From Octopus vulgaris (lineage: Eukaryota): 64,000 bases of DNA. The notes beneath the pieces are model-generated. The model saw only the letters and a list, made by a program, of their open reading frames with translations. It was not told the origin of the DNA and did not search any database. The DNA lies in the NCBI GenBank assembly GCA_951406725.2, contig OX597816.1:176266001-176330000 (forward strand). The letters run 5' to 3'. This document shows positions 1 through 12,541 of this stretch, in pieces (positions within the stretch are counted from its first letter, which is position 1; each line of letters starts with the position of its first letter). Position numbers and translations under genes: made by a program.

Positions 1-3000
1 AGAGTAAAAGAGTAAAAGAGTAAAAGAGTAAAGAGTAAAAGAGTAAAGAGTAAAGAGTAAAAGAGTAAAAGAGTAAAGAGTAAAGAGTAAAGAGTAAAAG
101 AGTAAAGAGTAAAAGAGTAAAGAGTAAAGAGTAAAGAGTAAAAGAGTAAAGAGTAAAAGAGTAAAGAGTAAAGAGTAAAGAGTAAAAGAGTAAAAGAGTA
201 AAAGAGTAAAAGAGTAAAGAGTAAAGAGTAAAAGAGTAAAAGAGTAAAGAGTAAAGAGTAAAGAGTAAAGAGTAAAAGAGTAAAGAGTAAAAGAGTAAAG
301 AGTAAAGAGTAAAGAGTAATAGAGTAAAAGAGTAAAGAGTAAAAGAGTAAAGAGTAAAGAGTAAAGAGTAAAAGAGTAAAAGAGTAAAAGAGTAAAGAGT
401 AAAGAGTAAAGAGTAAAAGAGTAAAAGAGTAAAAGAGTAAAGAGTAAAGAGTAAAAGAGTAAAGAGTAAAGAGTAAAAAGTAAAGAGTAAAGAGTAAAGA
501 GTAAAGAGTAAAGAGTAAAGAGTAAAGAGTAAAGAGTAAAGAGTAAAGAGTAAAGAGTAAAGAGTAAAAGAGTAAAAAGAGTAAAGAGTAAAGAGTAAAA
601 GAGTAAAGAGTAAAGAGTAAAAGAGTAAAAGAGTAAAGAGTAAAGAGTAAAAGAGTAAAAGAGTAAAGAGTAAAGAGTAAAAGAGTAAAGAGTAAAGAGT
701 AAAAAGAGTAAAGAGTAAAAGAGTAAAGAGTAAAAGAGTAAAAGAGTAAAAGAGTAAAGAGTAAAGAGTAAAGAGTAAAAGAGTAAAGAGTAAAGAGTAA
801 AAGAGTAAAGAGTAAAGAGTAAAAGAGTAAAAGAGTAAAGAGTAAAGAGTAAAGAGTAAAAGAGTAAAAGAGTAAAAGAGTAAAAGAGTAAAGAGTAAAA
901 GAGTAAAGAGTAAAGAGTAAAAGAGTAAAGAGTAAAGAGTAAAAGAGTAAAGAGTAAAGAGTAAAAGAGTAAAAGAGTAAAGAGTAAAAGAGTAAAGAGT
1001 AAAGAGTAAAAGAGTAAAGAGTAAAAGAGTAAAAGAGTAAAGAGTAAAGAGTAAAGAGTAAAAGAGTAAAGAGTAAAGAGTAAAAGAGTAAAGAGTAAAG
1101 AGTAAAAGAGTAAAGAGTAAAGAGTAAAAGAGTAAAGAGTAAAAGAGTAAAGAGTAAAAGAGTAAAAGAGTAAAGAGTAAAGAGTAAAAGAGTAAAAGAG
1201 TAAAGAGTAAAAGAGTAAAGAGTAAAAGAGTAAAAGAGTAAAGAGTAAAGAGTAAAAGAGTAAAGAGTAAAGAGTAAAGAGTAAAAGAGTAAAAGAGTAA
1301 AGAGTAAAAGAGTAAAAGAGTAAAGAGTAAAGAGTAAAGAGTAAAAGAGTAAAAGAGTAAAAGAGTAAAGAGTAAAGAGTAAAGAGTAAAAGAGTAAAGA
1401 GTAAAAGAGTAAAGAGTAAAGAGTAAAAGAGTAAAAGAGTAAAGAGTAAAAGAGTAAAGAGTAAAGAGTAAAAGAGTAAAGAGTAAAAGAGTAAAAGAGT
1501 AAAAGAGTAAAAGAGTAAAGAGTAAAGAGTAAAAGAGTAAAGAGTAAAAGAGTAAAAGAGTAAAAGAGTAAAGAGTAAAAGAGTAAAGAGTAAAGAGTAA
1601 AAGAGTAAAAGAGTAAAGAGTAAAAGAGTAAAGAGTAAAAGAGTAAAAGAGTAAAGAGTAAAGAGTAAAGAGTAAAGAGTAAAGAGTAAAGAGTAAAAGA
1701 GTAAAAGAGTAAAAGAGTAAAGAGTAAAGAGTAAAAGAGTAAAAGAGTAAAAGAGTAAAAGAGTAAAGAGTAAAAGAGTAAAAGAGTAAAGAGTAAAAGA
1801 GTAAAGAGTAAAGAGTAAAAGAGTAAAAGAGTAAAGAGTAAAGAGTAAAAGAGTAAAGAGTAAAAGAGTAAAGAGTAAAAGAGTAAAGAGTAAAAGAGTA
1901 AAAGAGTAAAAGAGTAAAGAGTAAAAGAGTAAAGAGTAAAAGAGTAAAGAGTAAAGAGTAAAGAGTAAAAGAGTAAAAGAGTAAAGAGTAAAAGAGTAAA
2001 AGAGTAAAGAGTAAAGAGTAAAGAGTAAAGAGTAAAAGAGTAAAGAGTAAAGAGTAAAGAGTAAAGAGTAAAAGAGTAAAAGAGTAAAAGAGTAAAAGAG
2101 TAAAAGAGTAAAGAGTAAAAGAGTAAAAGAGTAAAGAGTAAAAGAGTAAAGAGTAAAGAGTAAAAGAGTAAAGAGTAAAGAGTAAAAGAGTAAAAGAGTA
2201 AAGAGTAAAAGAGTAAAGAGTAAAGAGTAAAAGAGTAAAGAGTAAAGAGTAAAAGAGTAAAAGAGTAAAGAGTAAAGAGTAAAGAGTAAAAGAGTAAAAG
2301 AGTAAAAGAGTAAAAGAGTAAAGAGTAAAGAGTAAAAAGAGTAAAGAGTAAAAGAGTAAAGAGTAAAAGAGTAAAGAGTAAAAGAGTAAAGAGTAAAAGA
2401 GTAAAGAGTAAAGAGTAAAGAGTAAAAGAGTAAAGAGTAAAAGAGTAAAGAGTAAAAGAGTAAAGAGTAAAGAGTAAAAGAGTAAAGAGTAAAGAGTAAA
2501 GAGTAAAAGAGTAAAAGAGTAAAAGAGTAAAGAGTAAAAGAGTAAAGAGTAAAAGAGTAAAGAGTAAAAGAGTAAAGAGTAAAGAGTAAAGAGTAAAAGA
2601 GTAAAGAGTAAAAGAGTAAAGAGTAAAAGAGTAAAGAGTAAAGAGTAAAAGAGTAAAGAGTAAAGAGTAAAAGAGTAAAAGAGTAAAGAGTAAAGAGTAA
2701 AAGAGTAAAGAGTAAAAGAGTAAAGAGTAAAGAGTAAAAGAGTAAAGAGTAAAAGAGTAAAGAGTAAAAGAGTAAAAGAGTAAAAGAGTAAAGAGTAAAA
2801 GAGTAAAGAGTAAAAGAGTAAAGAGTAAAAGAGTAAAAGAGTAAAGAGTAAAGAGTAAAAGAGTAAAAGAGTAAAGAGTAAAGAGTAAAAGAGTAAAAGA
2901 GTAAAGAGTAAAGAGTAAAAGAGTAAAAGAGTAAAGAGTAAAGAGTAAAGAGTAAAAGAGTAAAAGAGTAAAGAGTAAAAGAGTAAAGAGTAAAGAGTAA

Positions 3001-4527
3001 AAGAGTAAAGAGTAAAAGAGTAAAGAGTAAAGAGTAAAAGAGTAAAAGAGTAAAGAGTAAAGAGTAAAAGAGTAAAGAGAGTAAAAGAGTAAAGAGTAAA
3101 GAGTAAAGAGTAAAAGAGTAAAGAGTAAAAGAGTAAAGAGTAAAGAGTAAAGAGTAAAAGAGTAAAAGAGTAAAAGAGTAAAGAGTAAAAGAGTAAAGAG
3201 TAAAAGAGTAAAGAGTAAAGAGTAAAAGAGTAAAGAGTAAAAGAGTAAAGAGTAAAAGAGTAAAGAGTAAAGAGTAAAAGAGTAAAGAGTAAAAGAGTAA
3301 AGAGTAAAAGAGTAAAGAGTAAAGAGTAAAGAGTAAAAGAGTAAAGAGTAAAAGAGTAAAGAGTAAAAGAGTAAAGAGTAAAAGAGTAAAGAGTAAAAGA
3401 GTAAAGAGTAAAAAGTAAAGAGTAAAAGAGTAAAAGAGTAAAAGAGTAAAGAGTAAAGAGTAAAAGAGTAAAAGAGTAAAGAGTAAAAGAGTAAAAGAGT
3501 AAAGAGTAAAGAGTAAAAGAGTAAAGAGTAAAGAGTAAAGAGTAAAAGAGTAAAGAGTAAAAGAGTAAAGAGTAAAGAGTAAAGAGTAAAAGAGTAAAGA
3601 GTAAAGAGTAAAGAGTAAAAGAGTAAAGAGTAAAAGAGTAAAAGAGTAAAAGAGTAAAGAGTAAAAGAGTAAAAGAGTAAAGAGTAAAAGAGTAAAAGAG
3701 TAAAGAGTAAAAGAGTAAAGAAAGTAAAGAGTAAAAGAGTAAAGAGTAAAAGAGTAAAAGAGTAAAGAGTAAAGAGTAAAAGAGTAAAGAGTAAAAGAGT
3801 AAAGAGTAAAGAGTAAAAGAGTAAAGAGTAAAGAGTAAAGAGTAAAAGAGTAAAGAGTAAAGAGTAAAGAGTAAAAGAGTAAAGAGTAAAAGAGTAAAGA
3901 GTAAAAGAGTAAAGAGTAAAAGAGTAAAGAGTAAAAGAGTAAAAGAGTAAAAGAGTAAAGAGTAAAAGAGTAAAGAGTAAAAGAGTAAAGAGTAAAAGAG
4001 TAAAGAGTAAAAGAGTAAAAGAGTAAAGAGTAAAAGAGTAAAGAGTAAAGAGTAAAGAGTAAAAGAGTAAAGAGTAAAAGAGTAAAGAGTAAAAGAGTAA
4101 AGAGTAAAGAGTAAAGAGTAAAAGAGTAAAGAGTAAAAGAGTAAAGAGTAAAGAGTAAAAGAGTAAAGAGTAAAGAGTAAAGAGTAAAAGAGTAAAGAGT
4201 AAAAGAGTAAAAGAGTAAAAGAGTAAAGAGTAAAAGAGTAAAAGAGTAAAAGAGTAAAGAGTAAAAGAGTAAAGAGTAAAGAGTAAAGAGTAAAAGAGTA
4301 AAGAGTAAAAGAGTAAAGAGTAAAAAGTAAAGAGTAAAAGAGTAAAAGAGTAAAAGAGTAAAGAGTAAAAGAGTAAAGAGTAAAAGAGTAAAGAGTAAAG
4401 AGTAAAAGAGTAAAAGAGTAAAAGAGTAAAGAGTAAAAGAGTAAAGAGTAAAAGAGTAAAAGAGTAAAGAGTAAAAGAGTAAAAGAGTAAAAGAGTAAAG
4501 AGTAAAAGAGTAAAGAGTAAAAGAGTA
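1..4527 (+). repeat. Tandem array of mixed 7/8-nt units (GAGTAAA / GAGTAAAA), open at the left window edge
   Basis: Uninterrupted array up to ...aagagta|cccaaag. The two unit lengths are interspersed without an obvious period; other variants are very rare. Confidence 0.98.
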
Positions 4528-6290
4528 CCCAAAGTGAATCAGCAATAAAACTAGTGTCACATGATGAAACAAATCCATCACCAGTGACAACCGACAGCTG
4601 TTGATCTGATGATTCTGCTAGAGATACAGAAATAGGGGAAAATGCATATCTTTTCCAGATGCAACTATTTACCCACATCTGTTAAGTCAAACGAAGTTAG
4701 ATGACTTAGTGTGTGATTTGGAATTACCAAAAGGTAAGGCAGAGTTGCTTGGTTCCAGACTTCAAGAATGGAATTTTCTCCAGCCAAAGTTTCCCATTTC
4801 TGCCATCACCATTTTATAATTTTACTTACAGGAGGAAAATGTTTGTTTCTGCCATGATATCAGTGACCTGATGGAAAGGATTGGCTTTTGCTATGATCCT
4901 AAAGAATGGAGACTGTAAATTATCTCTAGCCTCGTGGAGCTTTTAGGTGTTTGCGCTCAATAAACACACACAACGCCCAGTCTGGGAATCGAAACCGCGA
5001 TCCTGCGACTGCGAGTCCACTGCCCTAACCACTAGGCCTAACAACAACAATTAAAGCTATAATACTTACACAAAGATAATGAAAATCCTTCAATACTGTA
5101 GCACATGCCACTGGCCTTAATGAGACTTATGAATCAATGGAACTGCTGCTAAGACTCATCAAATATAAGGACCAAATGTTTGTGGGGACCCTAAAGTTGT
5201 ATCATTACTTCTTGGAATACAGTTGGGCTTCACAAAGCATAGGTGCTTTTCGTGTCTATGTGACTGCAGTGACAATAAGTACCAGTGCAAAAGACATGAC
5301 GCAACCTAGAACTGAATATGTTGTTGGTAAACACAATGTGAAACACCCAGCACTCATTGACCCTCAGAAAGTACATTTTCCACCACTTCACATTAAACCT
5401 GGATTTATGAAAAATTTTGTGATGGGTATGGATCATCAAGGTAGTGGCTTCTAATTATTTAAAGGATAAATTCAAAGGAATATTGACAAATGCTAAGCTA
5501 GAAGCTGGAGTTTTCACTGGACCACAGACATGCAGTGTCATCTATGACTCATTGGTTCCATCTGATCTAAATGAGAATGAACTAGGAGCATGGACATCTT
5601 TTGTTGAAGCTGTCAAAAATTTCTTGGAAGCCACAAACCACCATGAACTCGTAGAAAACATGCTTAAATCCTACGAAAATATGTGATGCAGATTGTCTTT
5701 AAAAATGCATTTTTTTACATTGTCATCTTGGCTTCTTCCTGGTCAACCTTGGGGCTGTGAGTGATGAGCATGGTAAGTACTTCCACCAACAGATCTCAAT
5801 TATGGAAAACAGATACCAAGGTAATTTCAACCCAAATATGATGAGAGATTATTGTGGGTCCCTGCAGAAGGAAAGCGTGTCATCCTACAAGTGACTAAAG
5901 AGAATTGCCTTTCAGTAGTAACAACAAAATACTAATGTGCTTTGGGTGGATGGTTGGGCACAGGGCTGGTAACTCTGCCATCAGAATTCCGCTGTCTGTC
6001 TTCAGCCAGAATAAAGGAGGAAAGATATCTTTATTCACTAATTATTTAAATATGTATATACATATATGCATAAAACGGTGCACAGAAAAGTAGCTTATAT
6101 GGCTTTTGTAATAGAACCAGGTGAGAAAAAAAATGATAAATAGGGGTTTTCAGTTATACAAAATCTGGATGTGATCGAAAAATTCAGATATCAGATCTGA
6201 AGTTAGCATCAGAAATTTGGCAGGAATCAGTAGTTTATGTGTATGTAACAAAAAAAAAATTTTTTTTTAATTGAAATTTGTTGCCTACAC
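4526..6290 (+). mobile_element. Decayed Chapaev3-type (CMC superfamily) DNA transposon, 3' part
   Basis: Fragmented transposase: YPK..SAIKLVSHDE at ~4526, PPLHIKPGFMKNFV (ORF 5137-5454), AGVFTGPQ (5444-5686), and GAVSDEHG.YFHQQISIMENRYQG at ~5750-5820. Collinear with the copy at 40014-42112. Many stops and frameshifts; right end approximate. Confidence 0.75.
4928..5038 (-). mobile_element. 5' tRNA-like head fragment of SINE family B
   Basis: Minus strand reads ggcctagtggttagggcagtggac...ggtttcgattccc (A- and B-box-like). Matches the heads of the copies at 6491-6856 and 62504-62892. Inserted in the Chapaev3 relic. Confidence 0.85.
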
Positions 6291-6490
6291 TGCATTATAT
6301 AAGGGTGGGTAAGAGCAACTGTAAAGATGGATAAATATGGTGATGATGAGGTATCTGGATGTACCCACAAGGTGTAAGAAAGTGAGTAGAAGAGAGAATA
6401 GTGACAGAAAATTGAGAAGTGTGGGTGGATAAGTTCACAAGGGTGTGAGAGGAGTGTTAAATAGTTAGAGATAAGGACAGAAGTGATGGA

Positions 6491-6856
6491 TGGAAGCACT
6501 CCGTCGGTTACGACGATGAGGGTTCCGGTTGATCCGAATCAACGGAACAGCCTGCTCGTGAAATTAACGTGTAAGTGGCTGAGCACTCCACAGACACGTG
6601 TACCCTTAACGTAGTTCTCGGGGATAAGGCCGGTTCCTTGAAATACAGGTACAACAGAAACAGGAAGTAAGAGTGGAGTGAGAGAAAGTTGTGGTGAAAG
6701 AGTACAGCAGGGATCACCACCATCCCCTGCCGGAGCCTTGTGGAGCTTTAGGTGTTTTTGCTCAATAAACACTCACAACGCCCGGTCTGGGAATCGAAAC
6801 CACGATCCTATGACCGCGAGTCCGCTGCCCTAACCACTGGGCCATTGCGCCTCCAC
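6491..6856 (-). mobile_element. tRNA-derived SINE, family B
   Basis: Near-identical to 62504-62892, with a short internal deletion near 6625. Pol III A-box (tggcccagtgg) and B-box (ggtttcgattcc) on the minus strand. Confidence 0.9.
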
Positions 6857-7126
6857 GTGAGATGTATAGTATGCTGATAGATAAATTCTCGATTCCTTAT
6901 CACTTCAATTATTAGAATTAAAGGTGAAGAGAGTCACTATAATGTAATTTGATCCCACATCACCCCCTACCCAAATCAGTAAAGGTTCCAACTCAGGACT
7001 AAATAGATATAATGCAATAATGACCAATAGGTTCCAACTCAGGACTAAATTCTCACTGCTGGACTGATCACTGCCCACTATAACTTTCATCAACCAACTC
7101 CCTGCTCCCGTTTACAATCTACACAT

Positions 7127-7531
7127 CTTTCTCTTTCTCTTTCACTTGTTTCAGTCATTTGACTGCGGCCATGCTGGAGCATCGCCTTTAGTCAAGCAAA
7201 TTAACCCCGGGACTTATTCTTTGTAAGCCCAGTACTTATTTTATCGGTCTCTTTTGCCGAACCGCTAAGTGACGGGGACGTAAACACACCAGCATCGGTT
7301 GTCAAGCAATGCTAGGGGGACAAACACAGACACACAAACACACACACATATATATATATACATATATACGACAGGCTTCTTTCAGTTTCCGTCTACCAAA
7401 TCCACTCACAAGGCATTGGTTGGCCCAGGGCTATAGCAGAAGACACTTGCCCAAGGTGCCACACAGTGGGACTGAACCCAGAACCATGTGGTTGGTTAGC
7501 AAGCTACTTACCACACAGCCACTCCTGCGCC
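7127..7531 (-). mobile_element. tRNA-derived SINE, family A (CORE-like centre, internal microsatellite)
   Basis: Matches four other full copies in the window: head ggcgcaggagtggctgtgtggtaag, CORE-like gcaccttgggcaagtg, internal (TA)n(TG)n, and the hairpin tail. Confidence 0.92.
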
Positions 7532-7824
7532 TGTTATCTAAAAAAAAAAAATGATATTCTGAAAATGCTTCCCAACCATTAAAGACTCAATGGTTCACGG
7601 TTAACAGTGCCGTCTTCATCCCTCTCTTGGCTTCTGACTACCAAAGTCAAAGGAAGCCTTCAACTTCCAGAATATCAATGCAAACATCAATAAATGACAA
7701 AGTCATTGTACATCTTTCCAGTTTCATGTCTATATTTACATATTTAGGTAGGAAGCCTTATTGGATATCATAGCAAAAAATTGTAGCTCTTGCAGATGAC
7801 ATGAAAAATTAAAAGATTCCTTTT

Positions 7825-7989
7825 GGAGTGGCTGTGTGGTAAGTAGCTTGCTTACGAACCACATGGTTCCAGGTTCAGTCCCACTGCGTGGCACCTTGGG
7901 CAAGTGTCTTCTACTATAGCCTCGGGCCGACCAAAGCCTTGTGAGTGGATTTGGTAGACAGAAACTGAAAGAAGCCCGTCGTATATATG

Positions 7990-8025
<36 letters not shown>

Positions 8026-8241
8026 CGTATGTGTTTGTGTGTCTGTGTTTGTCCCCCTAGCATTGCTTGACAACCGATGCTGGTGTGTTTATGTCCCCGT
8101 CACTTAGCGGTTCGGCAAAAAGAGACCGATAGAATAAGTACTGGGCTTACAAAGAATAAGTCCCGGGGTCGATTTGCTCGATTAAAGGAGGTGCTCCAGC
8201 ATGGCCGCAGTCAAATGACTGAAACAAGTAAAAGAGTAAGA
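7825..8241 (+). mobile_element. tRNA-derived SINE, family A
   Basis: Same sequence in + orientation; ends gactgaaacaagtaaaagagtaag. Confidence 0.92.
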
Positions 8242-8260
8242 AATTCGTTTAATAGTGTTC

Positions 8261-8320
8261 CTTTTGATGATCCATACATAATTTCTAACGCTTTTGATGA
8301 TCCATATATAATTTATTACG
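8261..8320. repeat. 30-bp tandem duplication
   Basis: cttttgatgatccatacataatttctaacg followed by cttttgatgatccatatataatttattacg. Confidence 0.8.
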
Positions 8321-9967
8321 CTATGGTTACCCATACATTGCGAAGCAGTAACGTTGCTCGTCTCCTCTGTTCCCTTGCAGTCAGCAGCGCGCACCTGACT
8401 TTCGATACTCTCTTCCACCTTTCTATATAATCACATCCTTTTACGTCTCCAGTGCTTTTTCGCGGATTGCTATCCTACAAAGAAGGCGAGCTCCCTCCAC
8501 GTTATAAGAAAAGGAATATATTCACTGACTTCAGTATTTATTCAAAGAAAATACAAACAAGAAAATAATTATTGATTTGTACTTCTTGAAATAAGGTAGG
8601 AATATTTTATTGATTTATCATTATTCTTTATGTTCAATATTTCAGTATATCACTAAGTTAAATGAGAACTAAGCAGTGTACTCATACGACGACTATGTCA
8701 TGTCTATCGTTTCGTTTTAGCTGTCCCATAATTACTTTCTCCAAAAGCCATACAATTAATTATCAATGTTTAACGAACTGATTGATTTTGCAACCCTGAA
8801 TTTTTTGTTCACGCGTTTTCTGTATTGCTTTTGAGCTGATTGGTGGCCAGTTTCTAGTGAACTCGATATGATCTCAGCAGTGACCATCATTGTTTTAATG
8901 CCATTCTTTACGGTATCTAGCTTAAAAGTAGTCTTTTCAACAAATCTCTTCTCGTTCTTTCAGTTTCCACTCCTCATCCTATTAATCCACCCGTATTAAT
9001 GCATTCACACGCGCCATTGGCAGAACCTCGACATCTTCGTTCAATCTAGTAGCAATAGTTGCCAAACCTTGTTCGAGTCAGGCCCTACTTTCTTAAAAAA
9101 AGGGAACTACTGATTTCAGTGCATTAACCCCGAAACTCTAAACACGACATAGAATTTCTTATGGAATCTACTTTGATCGTAGGTTTTGCTCGACCAAAGC
9201 TGATGGAAGATTAAACAACATTAATGCATTCACAAACATATATTAATAGGCATTTTTTTCGTTTGAAATTAGCCTTGACAAAGCAGAAATAATCTTCTGG
9301 TTGACGAATTAAAATTAAAAGAAATTATTATAAGAAAATATGAGTGATTACATTTAAATTTTTAAAAAAAAAACCTACAAAGATGGACTGTCCACTAGGT
9401 TTGTAACATGTAAAAAAATTATCACTCGTTCCCTGAATGTTGCATAAAACAGGCTTTTATTTCTGTTTTCTAGAAATTCTTCATGTATTCTTCTAGTAAA
9501 GATTTTCCTCTCCCTTATCAGCAGTAACAATTTTTTTTGAATGCCATAAGCAAAAAAAAAAAAAAACGACCCTTAAACAACACTTTCGCTTTTACAGATT
9601 TTTGTTTGCCGTCAATTGTCATTCATTGAATTCTGCATTCCGCAAATCATCTTCAGCTAATCCCATTTTCAATTAGCAAATATAATTATCATTATACATT
9701 AACACGCTCTATTTTAATTTCATTTCCCCATCAGGCGACTAGCATTTTAAAGCAAAGAAATATTTTTTTAAAATCATGTGAGGTTTTTCTCTACTTTATA
9801 TAATGCAGATTTTCAATAATAATAACTAATTGAGTGTTGGAATTTTTCTTCGACATATGCATGATGTAAATTAGTCTTGATTCTTTTAAGAAATTTGCCA
9901 AATATTTTTGTCGTGGTTTACTTGATGAATGAAAGATATGAAGATATATATACATATATATATATAT

Positions 9968-10058
9968 CTGGGGGTCGATTCATTCGACTAAAAATTCACG
10001 GCGGTGCTCCAACATGACCGCAGTCTAATGACTGAAACAAGTAAAAGAATAAAAGAAT
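9968..10058 (+). mobile_element. 3' tail fragment of a family A-related SINE
   Basis: ggggtcgattcattcgac...ggcggtgctccaacatgaccgcagtctaatgactgaaacaagtaaaagaataaaagaat. Confidence 0.85.
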
Positions 10059-12541
10059 GTATTTTGATATAGAAAACCTCGATTACGAAATAACTGTTTA
10101 TCAAAAATCAGAGTTTCCTTTAGAGTCTTGCATGAATCATCTATTAATTTCGATTCGATTTTTTAAAAAAATATTTCCTGTGCCGTCTTCTCACTTCAAC
10201 AGTGAACATTATTCTAAAATAAGTCCTAAAAATAGTAATTCAGTCCATTTTCACGCCACCCTGGTATTGTTTAATGAAATGAATATTAATTCATCTAAAA
10301 AACAAAATGTGAGAAACTTCAATTTCTTATTCTATTTTCTGGAAACCAGATTAATCAGATGTTTTCCGTTTTCATATCATAAGAAAAGAAAAAAAATCAC
10401 ATTTTAATGCTAAATATTGATAGAAATATCTATTATATACACAGTTGTATTAAGGAAGAAATAACATGTATTTAGTCATATGCATTTGTTTATAATTTCA
10501 GGAATGTCACTTAAAGGTAACCTCCCCCTTCGCTTATTACTTTTCCCGTTCTCAGAGACGAGTAGCAGTTCATTCTCTTTCATTCAACACTTATTATTTT
10601 CGTATCTCGAAAATTATACCTTTTTAATCAGCTCGCATGATTTACATCGATACTACAGGTGCAAACTGCAATCACCTTGCTCATCATATATTTACATTGC
10701 AGTCGAAAAACATTGCTACCTGTTAACTACTGCTTGCTAAACTTGAATACTCGAACGTAACAATTTGCTCTCCCTAATTGACATTAAGCTCATTTCTATC
10801 CCGTAGAACGTAAACTGTCATCCTCTTTTAATTAAAGAGAAAAATAGGTGCATTTGGATATCTGTTTCTGACATTCTTTCGATATAACTCGACAAAATCA
10901 AAACATTTCACTTGGGCTATTTCCAAAATTATGCCAGCAATGTCTCATTTTAAACTTGAAGGGAAAAAAAGCCTTGCGTATTTCTTCTTACCTGTTTCAT
11001 GTGTGTAGGTAAAATCCGCAAATTTCCAAGCAGAAAACAGAATCGAACTGTCATTTGCTTCAACGGAAATACCCAAAGTGAAATGTTTCAATTTTGTCGA
11101 GTTATATCGAAAGAATGCCCTGTTTCTTTACCCCAAGCTTTTTTTTAAAAAATCAGATGTAAGAAATGAGCCACACCCATGCTTATTCTGGGTTATTTGC
11201 ATACTCCAAATACACGCACAATACATATGCTCATATCTTGTTAATTCTTCGTTCTTTGTCGAATATGATCAAGATTCTTGATTAGCATGTGTTGTACGTA
11301 GAAATGAGTCCGGAGATAGGTGACTGAGGCCCATCCAAAGTGTCATATGCATAGTGTTCTGTGTATGTATATAATTGAAATGAAAAACTGAGATTTCAAG
11401 TTGGTTGACATGTTGAACGTAACAATTTTCCTATTTAATAACTCATATTTAGTTTGATTTTGCTATTCTCCGTTGGAATTAAACTAAAGTAAATTATTGG
11501 TACTTGGTTTATTGGATTTGGAGAAATAGAAAGCAAACACAACCGCTGCGGGTTTGCGGGATTAGAAGTGAAAACTACATCTAACTCAGAACATTAAATT
11601 TATTGTAGAAATAAATGAACATTTGATTTATTGGAGAAAAAAATAGAAACGTACTCTTTAAATCAATATAAGGAAAGTGAAATATAGAAAACAGCATATA
11701 GAACCATTTGTCTGATTTTTCTTTTGACAAAAGCTATGAGAAAGAGCAAGGGTTTTTTGACGTTCATGGTATTTAGGAGAACGTTAGTAATGAAACTGAT
11801 CCTATTGATATTGGTGATGGTATCTTTTGAATATGTTCAGTAGGTTCAATTGCTGCGAGACGTCAAAGAATATAGTGTATCGAACCGACCCTTCGGCTTA
11901 GAAAGAAATTATAGTATTTAGTTTGAGCATCTATTTATGAAACCCATGTGTGTATAATTCCTGTAATCTACTATAGTAGTATATCTGCTAGTTTTAGCAT
12001 CCGAATCGCTATACCATTTAAAAACATGAAAGGATACATTCGATGAGTGGTTTCCAACCTTTTTTTTTTTTTTTTAGCTCGTACCCCGTTTCTTTGCAAT
12101 CTTTAATATTTCTGTGCCTCCCTCCCCGGACTTTATTAGTGAAAAATATTCTCCACTTTTGAAATAAATAGTTGATAGTAGAAAAAGGTCGAGTTTGAAA
12201 AAAAAACAAAACAAAAACGGTGTCTTTGATTTAAATAAAAATTGTGACATTTATTAAATTATAATGAACTTTTAAATATTGTTTTAAATTAGTTTTATAA
12301 TCATGAAATTTATTTCTAAAAATTTATAAACATTGATAATTTGTAAGAAAACTATCTTTGAACAAAAATTCTAGTAAACAAGCATTAAAAATTTTTTTCA
12401 AAGTTGACCTGTTTTCTACCATTATCGCAAGAAACACCATAAAAACATTAGTGTCTATGCATTGAAAATTTACTCTGTAATTCTACTTAACAAAAGCAAA
12501 AATATCTTGTAGATTCAATTAAACGGCCATTTTATAACACA

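Noticed and set aside
1-4527. Array as a true telomere, or as a CRISPR-like or coded array
   Set aside because: A left telomere would show the C-rich strand on +; the unit is not TTAGGG and matches a SINE tail; there are no unique spacers.
6780-6856. tRNA gene (also at 62815-62892 and 4970-5038)
   Set aside because: A/B boxes are present but continue into a SINE body, with a TSD in one copy; these are SINE heads.
6950-7815. Possible ancient LINE remnant around the SINE (gcagatgacatgaaa, ADDMK-like) and a 22-bp direct repeat at 6983/7029
   Set aside because: Too degraded to support a call.
7309-8430. Recurrent short ORFs (MLGGQTQTH..., [15 protein letters not shown])
   Set aside because: They are chance frames in SINE A copies.
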